Positions 10,156 through 20,524 of a DNA stretch of 64,000 nt are shown in pieces. The stretch comes from Rhynchopus sp. YZ270_cl-10. Lineage: Eukaryota. The translations under genes and the position numbers were made by a program. Position 1 is the first letter of the stretch. Every line of letters starts with the position of its first letter. The notes under the pieces are model-generated. The model searched no databases. It was not told the origin of the DNA and worked only from the letters and a program-made list of their open reading frames with translations. The stretch covers positions 186,001-250,000 of the forward strand of contig OZ037836.1 in NCBI GenBank assembly GCA_964035575.1. The letters are read 5' to 3'.

Positions 10156-11928
10156 TCAGGTTTCACCTTCTGTGCAGACATCTACCTGTGTGTCACCCTG
10201 CAGCGGTCGTGCCAAGGACACACTCAGAATCCCACCTTTGACCGAAGAAGGCTGCACGTTCAACGGGATCCGTTCACAAGGGCAGCCCTGTGCAGATTCT
10301 TCAACAGCTGCTGCAGACACGTCGCCTTTCAGGTAACTCCGCACAGTTGTGTTGTACGTCTCCCACGCAGCGTTCTTGCCGACCTGGTACATCCACTCCT
10401 CTGCAGGACTGTTCAAAAGTGCGTCGCCAGGAAGAAGCTCGGCCACCACTTCAGGTGCGTCACAGCCTGCTGACATGTCCACCTTGCATGGAATCAGGCG
10501 TAACATGTGTTCGCACTCAGCGTCGCTGAAGCACAAACGGTTGCACAGCACGTCGCAGCCAAGGATACGTCCTGCACGTTCCATCCCATGCACGTCACGC
10601 ACCAGTGCACCCACCATGCTGAAACGGCGCAGCACTTCACACCCCATGTCTCCACGCAGCACCTTCCCAGTCGCAACACCGATGTTCACCTGCGATGTGG
10701 AACCCTGCAGCAGCATCGAAGCAGCGCGCAGTGCTGAGGTGGCGTGGTTCGCACACTGCTTAGACGTGTTGAACGAGCAGTGCACCTTGTCACCGATGAA
10801 CACGTCCACCATCCCACGGTGGGTATCTGTTGCCTTCAACGTCTTCAGAAGCAGGTTTGTGAAGAAGGAGGAGAAGCTTGCACAGTCCTCTTCCAAGAAA
10901 CGCAACGTGTCTTTGATATTCACCGTGAGAAGGGTGGCCTTCGTGGAGGACAGGAAGAGGGGCACGTGTCGCACGTTTGCAACAGGTGTGGCCACCGTTG
11001 AACCTGTCTCCACACGCTCAATCTGTACACTAGCGCTGTCCTCTTCGCTGTCTTCACAAACTGCATTGTCCAAAACAGACGTGTCCACAAGCAGACATGT
11101 CTGTGGCAGGTACGCCTTGTACACACGCAGGTTCTGCTCCAACCTCCGCAGTGCCACTGTCATCCCCACAGGCAGGTCTGCACCGTGCTGCTCCAGCAAC
11201 GCCGCCACCTGCTCCACGTCGTAGCCTGCCAGCAGTGTTGCGATCTCCTGCACAGTGTCAATCGTCCGCTCCATTGTTGCCTGCTCCTTCAGCACCTGTC
11301 GTGCAAAGCCACGTGTTGCGATGAAGTCCAACAGAAACACCGCCATCGCCTGCAACATTAGGTTTGATGGGAACGGCACCGCACAGGGCAGGTTCTCACA
11401 GGAAGACATCCGCTGCAAGTAGTACAGTCGCCCATATTTACCCTCCATTGGAGCGAGCCCTGGCAGGTCGAACAGACCAAACCTGAAGCTTTCTTCTAAT
11501 CCAATCAGGAGAAGCCACAAGAAAATGAAGCACACGAGACCCACACTGTAGCGTGCGGGCACCTGCATCACAAGCAGCATGTCGATCATCAGGACCAACA
11601 GCGTCCAGGATGTGTGAGAGGTCGTACGCGCGTTCAAGTCCCAGAAACACATACCAAACGAGACTGTGTACAGCGAGCTTACCACAAGGGTTGTCGTCAG
11701 TGGGCGCTTGCAGAGCACAGCAACAACAGGAAGACCGAAGCCTAGCTCCACTAAGAAGGTACCAACTAGAGTCAGTGGCTCGTCCAACTGCTTGCGCAGT
11801 GCTAGAATGATGCTCACTGTGCACCCGAGCCACCCAATGGCACACACAACAAAGAACTGCGTCCGCCGCTCCCTCTCCCTCCTGCTCAGTGTGCCGTCCA
11901 TCGAGAGGATCGCATCCAGACACCTCAT
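10156..11928 (-). CDS. ~6-TM pseudo-cyclase (array copy 3)
   Basis: 590-aa ORF; C-terminal half nearly identical to copy 1, TM1-TM2 region divergent. Confidence 0.85.
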   Translation of the reverse strand: MRCLDAILSMDGTLSRRERERRTQFFVVCAIGWLGCTVSIILALRKQLDEPLTLVGTFLVELGFGLPVVAVLCKRPLTTTLVVSSLYTVSFGMCFWDLNARTTSHTSWTLLVLMIDMLLVMQVPARYSVGLVCFIFLWLLLIGLEESFRFGLFDLPGLAPMEGKYGRLYYLQRMSSCENLPCAVPFPSNLMLQAMAVFLLDFIATRGFARQVLKEQATMERTIDTVQEIATLLAGYDVEQVAALLEQHGADLPVGMTVALRRLEQNLRVYKAYLPQTCLLVDTSVLDNAVCEDSEEDSASVQIERVETGSTVATPVANVRHVPLFLSSTKATLLTVNIKDTLRFLEEDCASFSSFFTNLLLKTLKATDTHRGMVDVFIGDKVHCSFNTSKQCANHATSALRAASMLLQGSTSQVNIGVATGKVLRGDMGCEVLRRFSMVGALVRDVHGMERAGRILGCDVLCNRLCFSDAECEHMLRLIPCKVDMSAGCDAPEVVAELLPGDALLNSPAEEWMYQVGKNAAWETYNTTVRSYLKGDVSAAAVEESAQGCPCERIPLNVQPSSVKGGILSVSLARPLQGDTQVDVCTEGET

Positions 11929-12275
11929 TGTGGTGTCCTGTGTTGTGGTGTACCTGTGTGTTCGTTTCGTGTGTCAGGATACGTGAGTGGAAGAGAAGGG
12001 GACACATGCAGATGTGTGGCAGATAGTACAATGAAAACAGAACCTTGAACTGTGTCTTGTGTATAGTTCCTCGGTATAAGTCCTTAACTATGAACTACGT
12101 GGGCAATGTGGAAACACTGCACGCACTCTGTGTACCAAAAACATTTTCACTGTTGTGCACTGCTCTATGCATAGTGTACATACAAAGCAGTCCTATATAA
12201 AAATACTGCTGTATCAATAGCTATCTGCACCCACACAAGACAAACGGGGAGACAGTCTGTTACTTGTACGCTTCC

Positions 12276-14057
12276 TCACGTTTCACCTTCTGTGCACTCC
12301 TCTACACGATTCGACTGTGTGTCACCCTGCAACGGTCGTGCCAAGGACACACTCAGAATCCCACCTTTGACCGAAGAAGGCTGCACGTTCAACGGGATCC
12401 GTTCACAAGGGCAGCCCTGTGAAGATTCTTCAACAGCTGCTGCAGACACGTCGCCTTTCAGGTAACTCCGCACAGTTGTGTTGTACGACTCCCACGCAGC
12501 GTTCTTGCCGACCTGGTACATCCACTCCTCTGCAGGACTGTTCAAAAGTGCGTCGCCAGGAAGAAGCTCGGCCACCACTTCAGGTGCGTCACAGCCTGCT
12601 GACATGTCCACCTTGCATGGAATCAGGCGTAACATGTGTTCGCACTCAGCGTCACTGAAGCACATACGGTTGCACAGCACGTCGCAGCCAAGGATACGTC
12701 CTGCACGTTCCATCCCATGCACATCACGCACCAGTGCACCCACCATGCTGAAACGGCGCAGCACTTCACACCCCATGTCTCCACGCAGCACCTTCCCAGT
12801 CGCAACACCGATGTTCACCTGCGATGTGCAACCCTGCAGCAGCATCGAAGCAGCGCGCAGTGCTGAGGTGGCGTGGTTCGCACACTGCTTCGATGTGTTG
12901 AACGAGCAGTGCACCTTGTCACCGATGAACACGTCCACCATCCCACGTTGTGTTACTGCTGCCTTCAACGTCTTCAGAAGCAGGTTTGTGAAGAAGGAGG
13001 AGAAGCTTGCACAGTCCTCTTCCAAGAAACGCAACGTGTCTTTGATATTCACCGTGAGAAGGGTGGCCTTCGTGGAGGACAGGAAGAGGGGCACGTGTCG
13101 CACGTTTGCAACAGGTGTGGCCACCGTTGAACCTGTCTCCACACGCTCAATCTGTACACTAGCGCTGTCCTCTTCGCTGTCTTCACAAACTGCTTTGTCC
13201 AAAACAGACGTGTCCACAAGCAGACATGTCTGTGGCAGGTACGCCTTGTACACACGCAGGTTCTGCTCCAACCTCCGCAGTGCCACTGTCATCCCCACAG
13301 GCAGGTCTGCACCGTGCTGCTCCAGCAACGCCGCCACCTGCTCCACGTCGTAGCCTGCCAGCAGTGTTGCGATCTCCTGCACAGTGTCAATCGTCCGCTC
13401 CATTGTTGCCTGCTCCTTCAGCACGTCACGTGCAAAGCCACGTGTTGCGAGGAAGTCCAACAGAAACACCGCCATCGCTGTCAGCATTAGGTTTGATGGA
13501 AACTCCACTGCACAGGGCAGGTTCTTACAGGAAGTACTCTCCTGCAAGTAGTACAGTCGCCCATATTTACCCTCCATTGGAGCGAGCCCTGGCAGGTCGA
13601 ACAGACCAAACCTGAAGCTTTCCTCTATTCCAATCAGGAGAAGCCACAAGAAAATGAAGCACACGAGACCCACACTGTAGCGTGCGGGCACCTGCATCAC
13701 AAGCAGCATGTCGATCATCAGGACCAACAGTGTCCAGTACGTATGCGAGGTAGCACGCGCGTTCAAGTCCCAGAGACATATGCCGAACGAGACTGTGTAC
13801 AGCGAGCTGACCACAAGGGTTGTCGTCAGTGGGCGCTTGCAGAGCACAGCAATGAGAGCGATGGTGAAACCAAACGCGATCAACAATGTGCCAATGAGAG
13901 CCAGCTGCTCTGCCAAATGTCTCTGCAGAGAATGTATGATGCTCACTACGCACAGGAGCCACCCAATGGCACACACAACAAAGAACTGCGTCCGCCGCTC
14001 CCTCTCCCTCCTGCTCAGTGTGCCGTCCATCGAGAGGATCGCATCCAGACACCTCAT
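12276..14057 (-). CDS. ~6-TM pseudo-cyclase (array copy 4)
   Basis: 593-aa ORF, paralogous to copies 1 and 3. Confidence 0.85.
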   Translation of the reverse strand: MRCLDAILSMDGTLSRRERERRTQFFVVCAIGWLLCVVSIIHSLQRHLAEQLALIGTLLIAFGFTIALIAVLCKRPLTTTLVVSSLYTVSFGICLWDLNARATSHTYWTLLVLMIDMLLVMQVPARYSVGLVCFIFLWLLLIGIEESFRFGLFDLPGLAPMEGKYGRLYYLQESTSCKNLPCAVEFPSNLMLTAMAVFLLDFLATRGFARDVLKEQATMERTIDTVQEIATLLAGYDVEQVAALLEQHGADLPVGMTVALRRLEQNLRVYKAYLPQTCLLVDTSVLDKAVCEDSEEDSASVQIERVETGSTVATPVANVRHVPLFLSSTKATLLTVNIKDTLRFLEEDCASFSSFFTNLLLKTLKAAVTQRGMVDVFIGDKVHCSFNTSKQCANHATSALRAASMLLQGCTSQVNIGVATGKVLRGDMGCEVLRRFSMVGALVRDVHGMERAGRILGCDVLCNRMCFSDAECEHMLRLIPCKVDMSAGCDAPEVVAELLPGDALLNSPAEEWMYQVGKNAAWESYNTTVRSYLKGDVSAAAVEESSQGCPCERIPLNVQPSSVKGGILSVSLARPLQGDTQSNRVEECTEGET

Positions 14058-14365
14058 TGTGGTGTCCTGTGTTGTGGTACCTGTGTGTTCGTTTCGTGTG
14101 TCTGGGATACGTGAGTGGAACAGAAGGGGGACACATGCAGATGTGTGGCAGATAGTACAATGAAAACAGAACCCTGAACTGTGTCTTGTGTATAGTTCCT
14201 CAATATAAGTTCGTAACTATGAAGGGCAATGTGGAAACACTGCACAAATTTTGTGAACCAAAAACATTTTCACTACTGTTCCTTGATGTGCCATTTGTAT
14301 GAACGAAGCGGACCGACATAACTTAATTAATGCAACAATGTATAATTACTGTTGTAATCCTCGTC

Positions 14366-15912
14366 TCAGGTTTCACCTTCTGTGCAGACATCTACCTGTG
14401 TGTCACCCTGCAGCGGTCGTGCCAAGGACACACTCAGAATCCCACCTTTGACCGAAGAAGGCTGCACGTTCAACGGGATCCGTTCACAAGGGCAGCCCTG
14501 TGCAGATTCTTCAACAGCTGCTGCAGACACGTCGCCTTTCAGGTAACTCCGCACAGTTGTGTTGTACGTCTCCCACGCAGCGTTCTTGCCGACCTGGTAC
14601 ATCCACTCCTCTGCAGGACTGTTCGAAAGTGCGTCGCCAGGAAGAAGCTCGGCCACCACTTCAGGTGCGTCACAGCCTGCTGACATGTCCACCTTGCACG
14701 GAATCAGGCGTAACATGTGTTCGCACTCAGCGTCACTGAAGCACATACGGTTGCACAGCACGTCGCAGCCAAGGATACGTCCTGCACGTTCCATCCCATG
14801 CACATCACGCACCAGTGCACCCACCATGCTGAAACGGCGCAGCACTTCACACCCCATGTCTCCACGCAGCACCTTCCCAGTCGCAACACCGATGTTCACC
14901 TGCGATGTGCAACCCTGCAGCAGCATCGAAGCAGCGTGCAGTGCTGAGGTGGCGTGGTTCGCACACTGCTTAGACGTGTTGAACGAGCAGTGCACCTTGT
15001 CACCGATGAACACGTCCACCATCCCACGGTGGGTATCTGTTGCCTTCAACGTCTTCAGAAGCAGGTTTGTGAAGAAGGAGGAGAAGCTTGCACAGTCCTC
15101 TTCCAAGAAACGCAACGTGTCTTTGATATTCACCGTGAGAAGGGTGGCCTTCGTGGAGGACAAGAAGAGGGGCACGTGTCGCACGCTTGCAACAGGTGTG
15201 GCCACCGTTGAACCTGTCTCCACACGCTCAATCTGTACACTAGCGCTGTCCTCTTCGCTGTCTTCACAAACTGCATTGTCCAAAACAGACGTGTCCACAA
15301 GCAGACATGTCTGTGGCAGGTACGCCTTGTACACACGCAGGTTCTGCTCCAACCTCCGTGCCACTGTCATCCCCACAGGCAGGTCTGCACCGTGCTGCTC
15401 CAGCAACGCCGCCACCTGCTCCACGTCGTAGCCTGCCAGCAGTGTTGCGATCTCCTGCACAGTGTCAATCGTCCGCTCCATTGTTGCCTGCTCCTTCAGC
15501 ACCTTTCGTGCAAAGCCACGTGTTGCGATGAAGTCCAACAGAAACACGGTCAGTGCTTGCAGCATTAGGTTTGATGGGAACTCCACCGCACAGGGCAGGT
15601 TCTCACAGGAAGTCATCCGCTGCAAGTAGTACAGTCGCCCATATTTACCCTCCATTGCTGCGAGCCCTGGCAGGTCGAACAGACCAAACCTGAAGCTTTC
15701 CTCTATTCCGAGCAGGAGAAGCCACAAGACAATGAAGCACACGAGACCCACACTGTAGCGTGCGGGCACCTGCATCACAAGCAGCATGTCGATCATCAGG
15801 ACTAACAGCGTCCAGTTCGCGTTGGAAGTCGTACGTGCGTTCAAGTCCCAGAGACATATGCCTAACGAGACTGTGTACAGCGAGCTGACTACAAGGGTTG
15901 TCGTCAGTGGGC
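14366..15912 (-). pseudogene. 5'-truncated pseudo-cyclase (array copy 5)
   Basis: Homology to the paralogues begins at PLTTTLVV, so the first ~74 codons and the start are missing. Joined directly to copy 6 at ~15912. One codon is also lost (VARRL vs VALRRL). Confidence 0.75.
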
Positions 15913-17552
15913 TGTGCAGATTCTTCAACAGCTGCTGCAGACACGTCGCCTTTCAGGTAACCCCGCACAGTTGTGCTGTACGACTCCCACGCAGCGTTCT
16001 TGCCGACCTGGTACATCCACTCCTCTGCAGGACTGTTCGAAAGTGCGTCGCCAGGAAGAAGCTCGGCCACCACTTCAGGTGCGTCACAGCCTGCTGACAT
16101 GTCCACCTTGCATGGAATCAGGCGTAACATATGTTCGCACTCAGCGTCGCTGAAGCACAAACGGTTGCACAGCACGTCGCAGCCAAGGATACGTCCTGCA
16201 CGTTCCATCCCATGCACGTCACGCACCAGTGCACCCACCATGCTGAAACGACGCAGCACTTCACACCCCATGTCTCCACGCAGCACCTTCCCAGTCGCAA
16301 CACCGATGTTCACCTGCGATGTGCAACCCTGCAGCAGCATCGAAGCAGCGTGCAGTGCTGAGGTGGCGTGGTTCGCACACTGCTTCGATGTGTTGAACGA
16401 GCAGTGCACCTTGTCACCGATGAACACGTCCACCATCCCACGGTGGGTATCTGTTGCCTTCAACGTCTTCAGAAGCAGGTTTGTGAAGAAGGAGGAGAAG
16501 CTTGCACAGTCCTCTTCCAAGAAACGCAACGTGTCTTTGATATTCACCGTGAGAAGGGTGGCCTTCGTGGAGGACAAGAAGAGGGGCACGTGTCGCACGT
16601 TTGCAACAGGTGTGCTTGCTGAGCAGCTGGATGAACCCGTCTGCACACTCTCACGGTAGGCACTTGCATCGCTGTCTTCACAAACTGCATTGTCCAAAAC
16701 AGACGTGTCCACAAGCAGACATGTCTGTGGCAGGTACGCCTTGTACACACGCAGGTTCTGCTCCAACCTCCGCAGTGCCACTGTCATCCCCACAGGCAGG
16801 TCTGCACCGTGCTGCTCCAGCAACGCCGCCACCTGCTCCACGTCGTAGCCTGCCAGCAGTGTTGCGATCTCCTGCACAGTGTCAATCGTCCGCTCCATTG
16901 TTGCCTGCTCCTTCAGCACCTGTCGTGCAAAGCCACGTGTTGCGATGAAGTCCAACAGAAACACCGCCATCGCCTGCAACATTAGGTTTGATGGGAACGG
17001 CACCGCACAGGGCAGGTTCTCACAGGAAGACATCCGCTGCAAGTAGTACAGTCGCCCATATTTACCCTCCATTGCTGCGAGCCCTGGCAGGTCGAACAGA
17101 CCAAACCTGAAGCTTTCTTCTAATCCAATCAGGAGAAGCCACAAGACAATGAAGCACACGAGACCCACACTGTAGCGTGCGGGCACCTGCATCACAAGCA
17201 GCATGTCGATCATCAGGACCAACAGCGTCCAGGATGTGTGAGAGGTCGTACGCGCGTTCAAGTCCCAGAGACATATGCCTAACGAGACTGTGTACAGCGA
17301 GCTGACTACAAGGGTTGTCGTCAGTGGGCGCTTGCAGAGCACAGCAATGAGAGCGATGGTGAAACCAACCTGCACAAACAAGTACCCTACGAGCAGGAAC
17401 AGCTCGTCCAACCACTTACTCTGATTATGAATGATGCTCATTGTGCACCCGAGCCACCCAATGCCACACACAACAAAGAACTGCGTCCGCCGCTCCCTCT
17501 CCCTCCTGCTCAGTGTGCCGTCCATCGAGAGGATCGCATCCAGACACCTCAT
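15645..17552 (-). CDS. ~6-TM pseudo-cyclase (array copy 6), 3'-truncated, reading out of frame into copy 5
   Basis: Starts MRCLDAIL at 17552 and is paralogous up to ...AAAVEESAQ (~15913). It then continues in a shifted frame of copy 5 to a stop at 15645. Confidence 0.75.
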   Translation of the reverse strand: MRCLDAILSMDGTLSRRERERRTQFFVVCGIGWLGCTMSIIHNQSKWLDELFLLVGYLFVQVGFTIALIAVLCKRPLTTTLVVSSLYTVSLGICLWDLNARTTSHTSWTLLVLMIDMLLVMQVPARYSVGLVCFIVLWLLLIGLEESFRFGLFDLPGLAAMEGKYGRLYYLQRMSSCENLPCAVPFPSNLMLQAMAVFLLDFIATRGFARQVLKEQATMERTIDTVQEIATLLAGYDVEQVAALLEQHGADLPVGMTVALRRLEQNLRVYKAYLPQTCLLVDTSVLDNAVCEDSDASAYRESVQTGSSSCSASTPVANVRHVPLFLSSTKATLLTVNIKDTLRFLEEDCASFSSFFTNLLLKTLKATDTHRGMVDVFIGDKVHCSFNTSKQCANHATSALHAASMLLQGCTSQVNIGVATGKVLRGDMGCEVLRRFSMVGALVRDVHGMERAGRILGCDVLCNRLCFSDAECEHMLRLIPCKVDMSAGCDAPEVVAELLPGDALSNSPAEEWMYQVGKNAAWESYSTTVRGYLKGDVSAAAVEESAQPTDDNPCSQLAVHSLVRHMSLGLERTYDFQRELDAVSPDDRHAACDAGARTLQCGSRVLHCLVASPARNRGKLQVWSVRPARARSNGG

Positions 17553-18304
17553 TGTGGTGTCCTGTGTTGTGGTGTACCTGTGTGTTCGTGTCGTGAGAGT
17601 CTGCAATGGTAGTAGGTCAGGTGAGGCAGGGGGAATAATGAACCACAGGTGACGACTGCAGAAGTATCTTTTTCCAGTTGAACAAAGAGGAGAATATAAG
17701 ACGTAAGTCTGTTGAAAAGCAAAACATGACTTGAAATACAAAAGCCCGCGAGTTGTACCAAAAAAAACTGTGTAAAATCAAATGCACGAAAAAAGACGTG
17801 CACGTCTATATCCCACTGCACATAACACACCTACTTTTCGAACACACACGCAGAACACTTCCCGGTACAGGAAGGCACCTCTACACATGGTCTCAAACAC
17901 ACAGACACACCCCCGTTGGACAGTGGTGAACAAATAAAAAGCCCCCAAAAATACATAACACGCACCTATATGGGTAGCTGATCCTCTGAAAAATACGCAC
18001 AAATTGTCGGGCGGCTTTGAAGGGTAATACACAAAAAGTGTCCGACACATGAATAAGCTCCTACAGAGTATCATGTCCTAACAAAAACGCACTGAGCAAA
18101 ATGGTTGGGATGGGGAGAATATAAACAGTTCCAAGAAAAGCTTCTGCAGTCGGTATCCTTTCGGTTTGAGCCATTGGTGTCTGGTGTGAATTATGTACTA
18201 GATAATTGTCCCTCCCCCCCCCCCAATTTTTCCCCGAGGGGGGACAATTTCAAGGGGGTCAGAGGGGGGGACAATTTCACGGGGGAGGGTCGGTACTGAA
18301 AATT

Positions 18305-19702
18305 TCACTTCATAAGACGTTCGTATTCTCTTCTCTTGTATTGTGGTGCCTTCAGCCCACCAATGAGCGCTGCGAACAACGCACCCAACCCGAGCAGGCC
18401 TGCCACAATCGCTGCGACCAGTCTGTAGTGCCCACGGTCCACCAGCGCCTGGCATGGAAACACAGCGGCAGCACCGACCGCTTGCCCTGCCATCACCACT
18501 AGACCCCCCGCCACAGACGCATCTACTGGGAAGGATAGCTCCACTGCCAGCTCCATTGCTACAGGGTAGCCAGCTAGCGCAAAGAACCCAATGCACACAC
18601 ACACACCGTACAGCTCGTACAGACACCCCTCACGCAGGAAAAACCAGAACCCCGCGAGCGACACACAACCCCCCACATCAGCCACCACCAACAACGTTTT
18701 AAACCGATGCGTCCGTGCCACCCGCCCACCTACAATGCAGCCAATCAACCCGCTTGCAAGCATGATGGCATTCATCCTGCCTGATTCTTCATTGGTGTAC
18801 CCATAGGGGGTGACAATCTGGTCGCGGAGGGTTCCAAGAATTTGAAATGCACCTGAACCTACAGCGGTGCAGGCAAGAAGCAGGAGAAATGCTGGGTTGC
18901 GCAGTACTGTTGTGATTTCTTTTAGCAAAGGGCGTGATGTCTTTGAGAGAAGCGGCTTTGTATCGGCGGCGGCTGAAGGAGGAGACTTCGGTGCTATCGG
19001 GACAAAAAACACAGCGAGAAGCAGTGGGACAGACACTGCCGCGGCGCTTCCGAGATGCAGACTGCGGAAGCCTTCAGAAAACCGCAAAGGGTCGGTCGCA
19101 TTGTCGTTACTATCCTCATCAGGAATAAGAAGCGGCGGGACCAACCCGCCCCCCATCCCTCCAACAAACTGCGCTGCCACACCCAACACCGTCGCAAGCG
19201 GCCGCTCTGCCTCAGGAAACCACACCTGGCTCAACGTTGCCGGGGCATTATACAACAAAGGCTGCGCTGCAGCCGCAAGAATTTGCCCTATAAAAAGTAC
19301 AAAAAAGGTGTGCCCGCTTGTTGCAAGGCAGCGAAGCCAGATTCCAGCACATTGCAAGGTGCATGCCAGGAGAATTCCTGCGCGAAGTCCATAGGTATCC
19401 ATCACCCAGCAAGAAGGAAGGTACGCCGGCAGCATGGCGATCATATATAGCGTGTACAGCATGTCGACCCAGGCCATTGAGATGCCATAAAAGTCGCCGG
19501 TTTCGTGTGATATTTGGGTGTAGCTTTGTGCGGCGGCGGTGCTCAGTGCGACGGCTAGCATGTAGATCGTGAGGACGACCCAGCGTATAGCATAGGAGCG
19601 GTACTGTGTGGTGCTGGTGTCGGTGTTGATCAGAGCTGTGTCAGAGCTGCAGTCGTCGTCGGTGGTTGAGATTTCATCTCTAGGTGTGGTCGGTGTTGTC
19701 AT
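18305..19702 (-). CDS. Major facilitator superfamily transporter, SLC49/FLVCR-MFSD7-like
   Basis: 465 aa, ~12 hydrophobic segments. Motifs RWVVL, WVMDTYGLR, GQILAAAAQP, WFPEAERPLAT and MELAVELSFPV are typical of FLVCR-type MFS proteins. Confidence 0.85.
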   Translation of the reverse strand: MTTPTTPRDEISTTDDDCSSDTALINTDTSTTQYRSYAIRWVVLTIYMLAVALSTAAAQSYTQISHETGDFYGISMAWVDMLYTLYMIAMLPAYLPSCWVMDTYGLRAGILLACTLQCAGIWLRCLATSGHTFFVLFIGQILAAAAQPLLYNAPATLSQVWFPEAERPLATVLGVAAQFVGGMGGGLVPPLLIPDEDSNDNATDPLRFSEGFRSLHLGSAAAVSVPLLLAVFFVPIAPKSPPSAAADTKPLLSKTSRPLLKEITTVLRNPAFLLLLACTAVGSGAFQILGTLRDQIVTPYGYTNEESGRMNAIMLASGLIGCIVGGRVARTHRFKTLLVVADVGGCVSLAGFWFFLREGCLYELYGVCVCIGFFALAGYPVAMELAVELSFPVDASVAGGLVVMAGQAVGAAAVFPCQALVDRGHYRLVAAIVAGLLGLGALFAALIGGLKAPQYKRREYERLMK

Positions 19703-20251
19703 AAGAGCGGAACAGGAGAGAAAGCGGAAGGAAAAGGGGAAGAAAGAGAGAGAAAGGGGTGTAGTGCGCTCACCTAGACGAGGCTGTTGTATGGTGTAAA
19801 TGAAGAAAAGGCCCTATAGGGTAGGGTGGATGGATATTAGGTGGTGTGAGTGGGATTGTGAGTGAGAGAGCAGGGGTTTTCCGCAAAGGGGGGCTATACT
19901 TAGGCCAAAAATTCCTGGGATTCTTTGAAAAAAAAAACCTGGAATGGGTTTGTGGAAAAGAGGGTGACAAAGTGGTGCCCAGATATGGGCCTGTTATAAC
20001 TCATGGTAGCTGATTGGGCGGAGAGCACAAAGAAGAAGAAGGGTGAGGGGGTTTTTGATAAATAAATATTTTTTTTGAATAGATAAAAGCAATAAATTAC
20101 TTTTTATTTAAAACAAAAGGCACTCCGTATCCAAAACAGGGGGGCAGTCTGGGGACAAAAACAGATTTCTGTATTGGGGAGGGTGGGAGTGTTTTTCGCT
20201 AAAAAGAAGGGTGAGGGGGGAGTAAGAACCCCCCTGTCCTCTACGATTTTT

Positions 20252-20320
20252 GAAAAAGGACGAAAAAGACGAAAAAGGACGAAAAAGGACGAAAAAGGAC
20301 GAAAAAGGACGAAAAAGGAC
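20252..20320 (+). repeat. Subterminal 10-bp tandem repeats (GAAAAAGGAC) of the hAT element; counterpart at ~22810-22893 in both orientations
   Basis: About 7 tandem units are visible; the same motif lies next to the other TIR. Confidence 0.85.
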
Positions 20321-20524
20321 ACTGTTAATGGTATACAGTAACTAAGTTACCTCTCGCGCTCCTGGTACAAAAAAGCGTCTCACAACCCACTGATAGTTGA
20401 CGCCTGTGTTTTCAAATTGATAAAAAAGTAAAAAAAAACACTTTTCAGTTTCTTGTTTTTGGCAATATATATTCCCTCTGATACCCCTTGCCCTAACCCT
20501 CGTGATAAACCCCCAACCCTTGTT

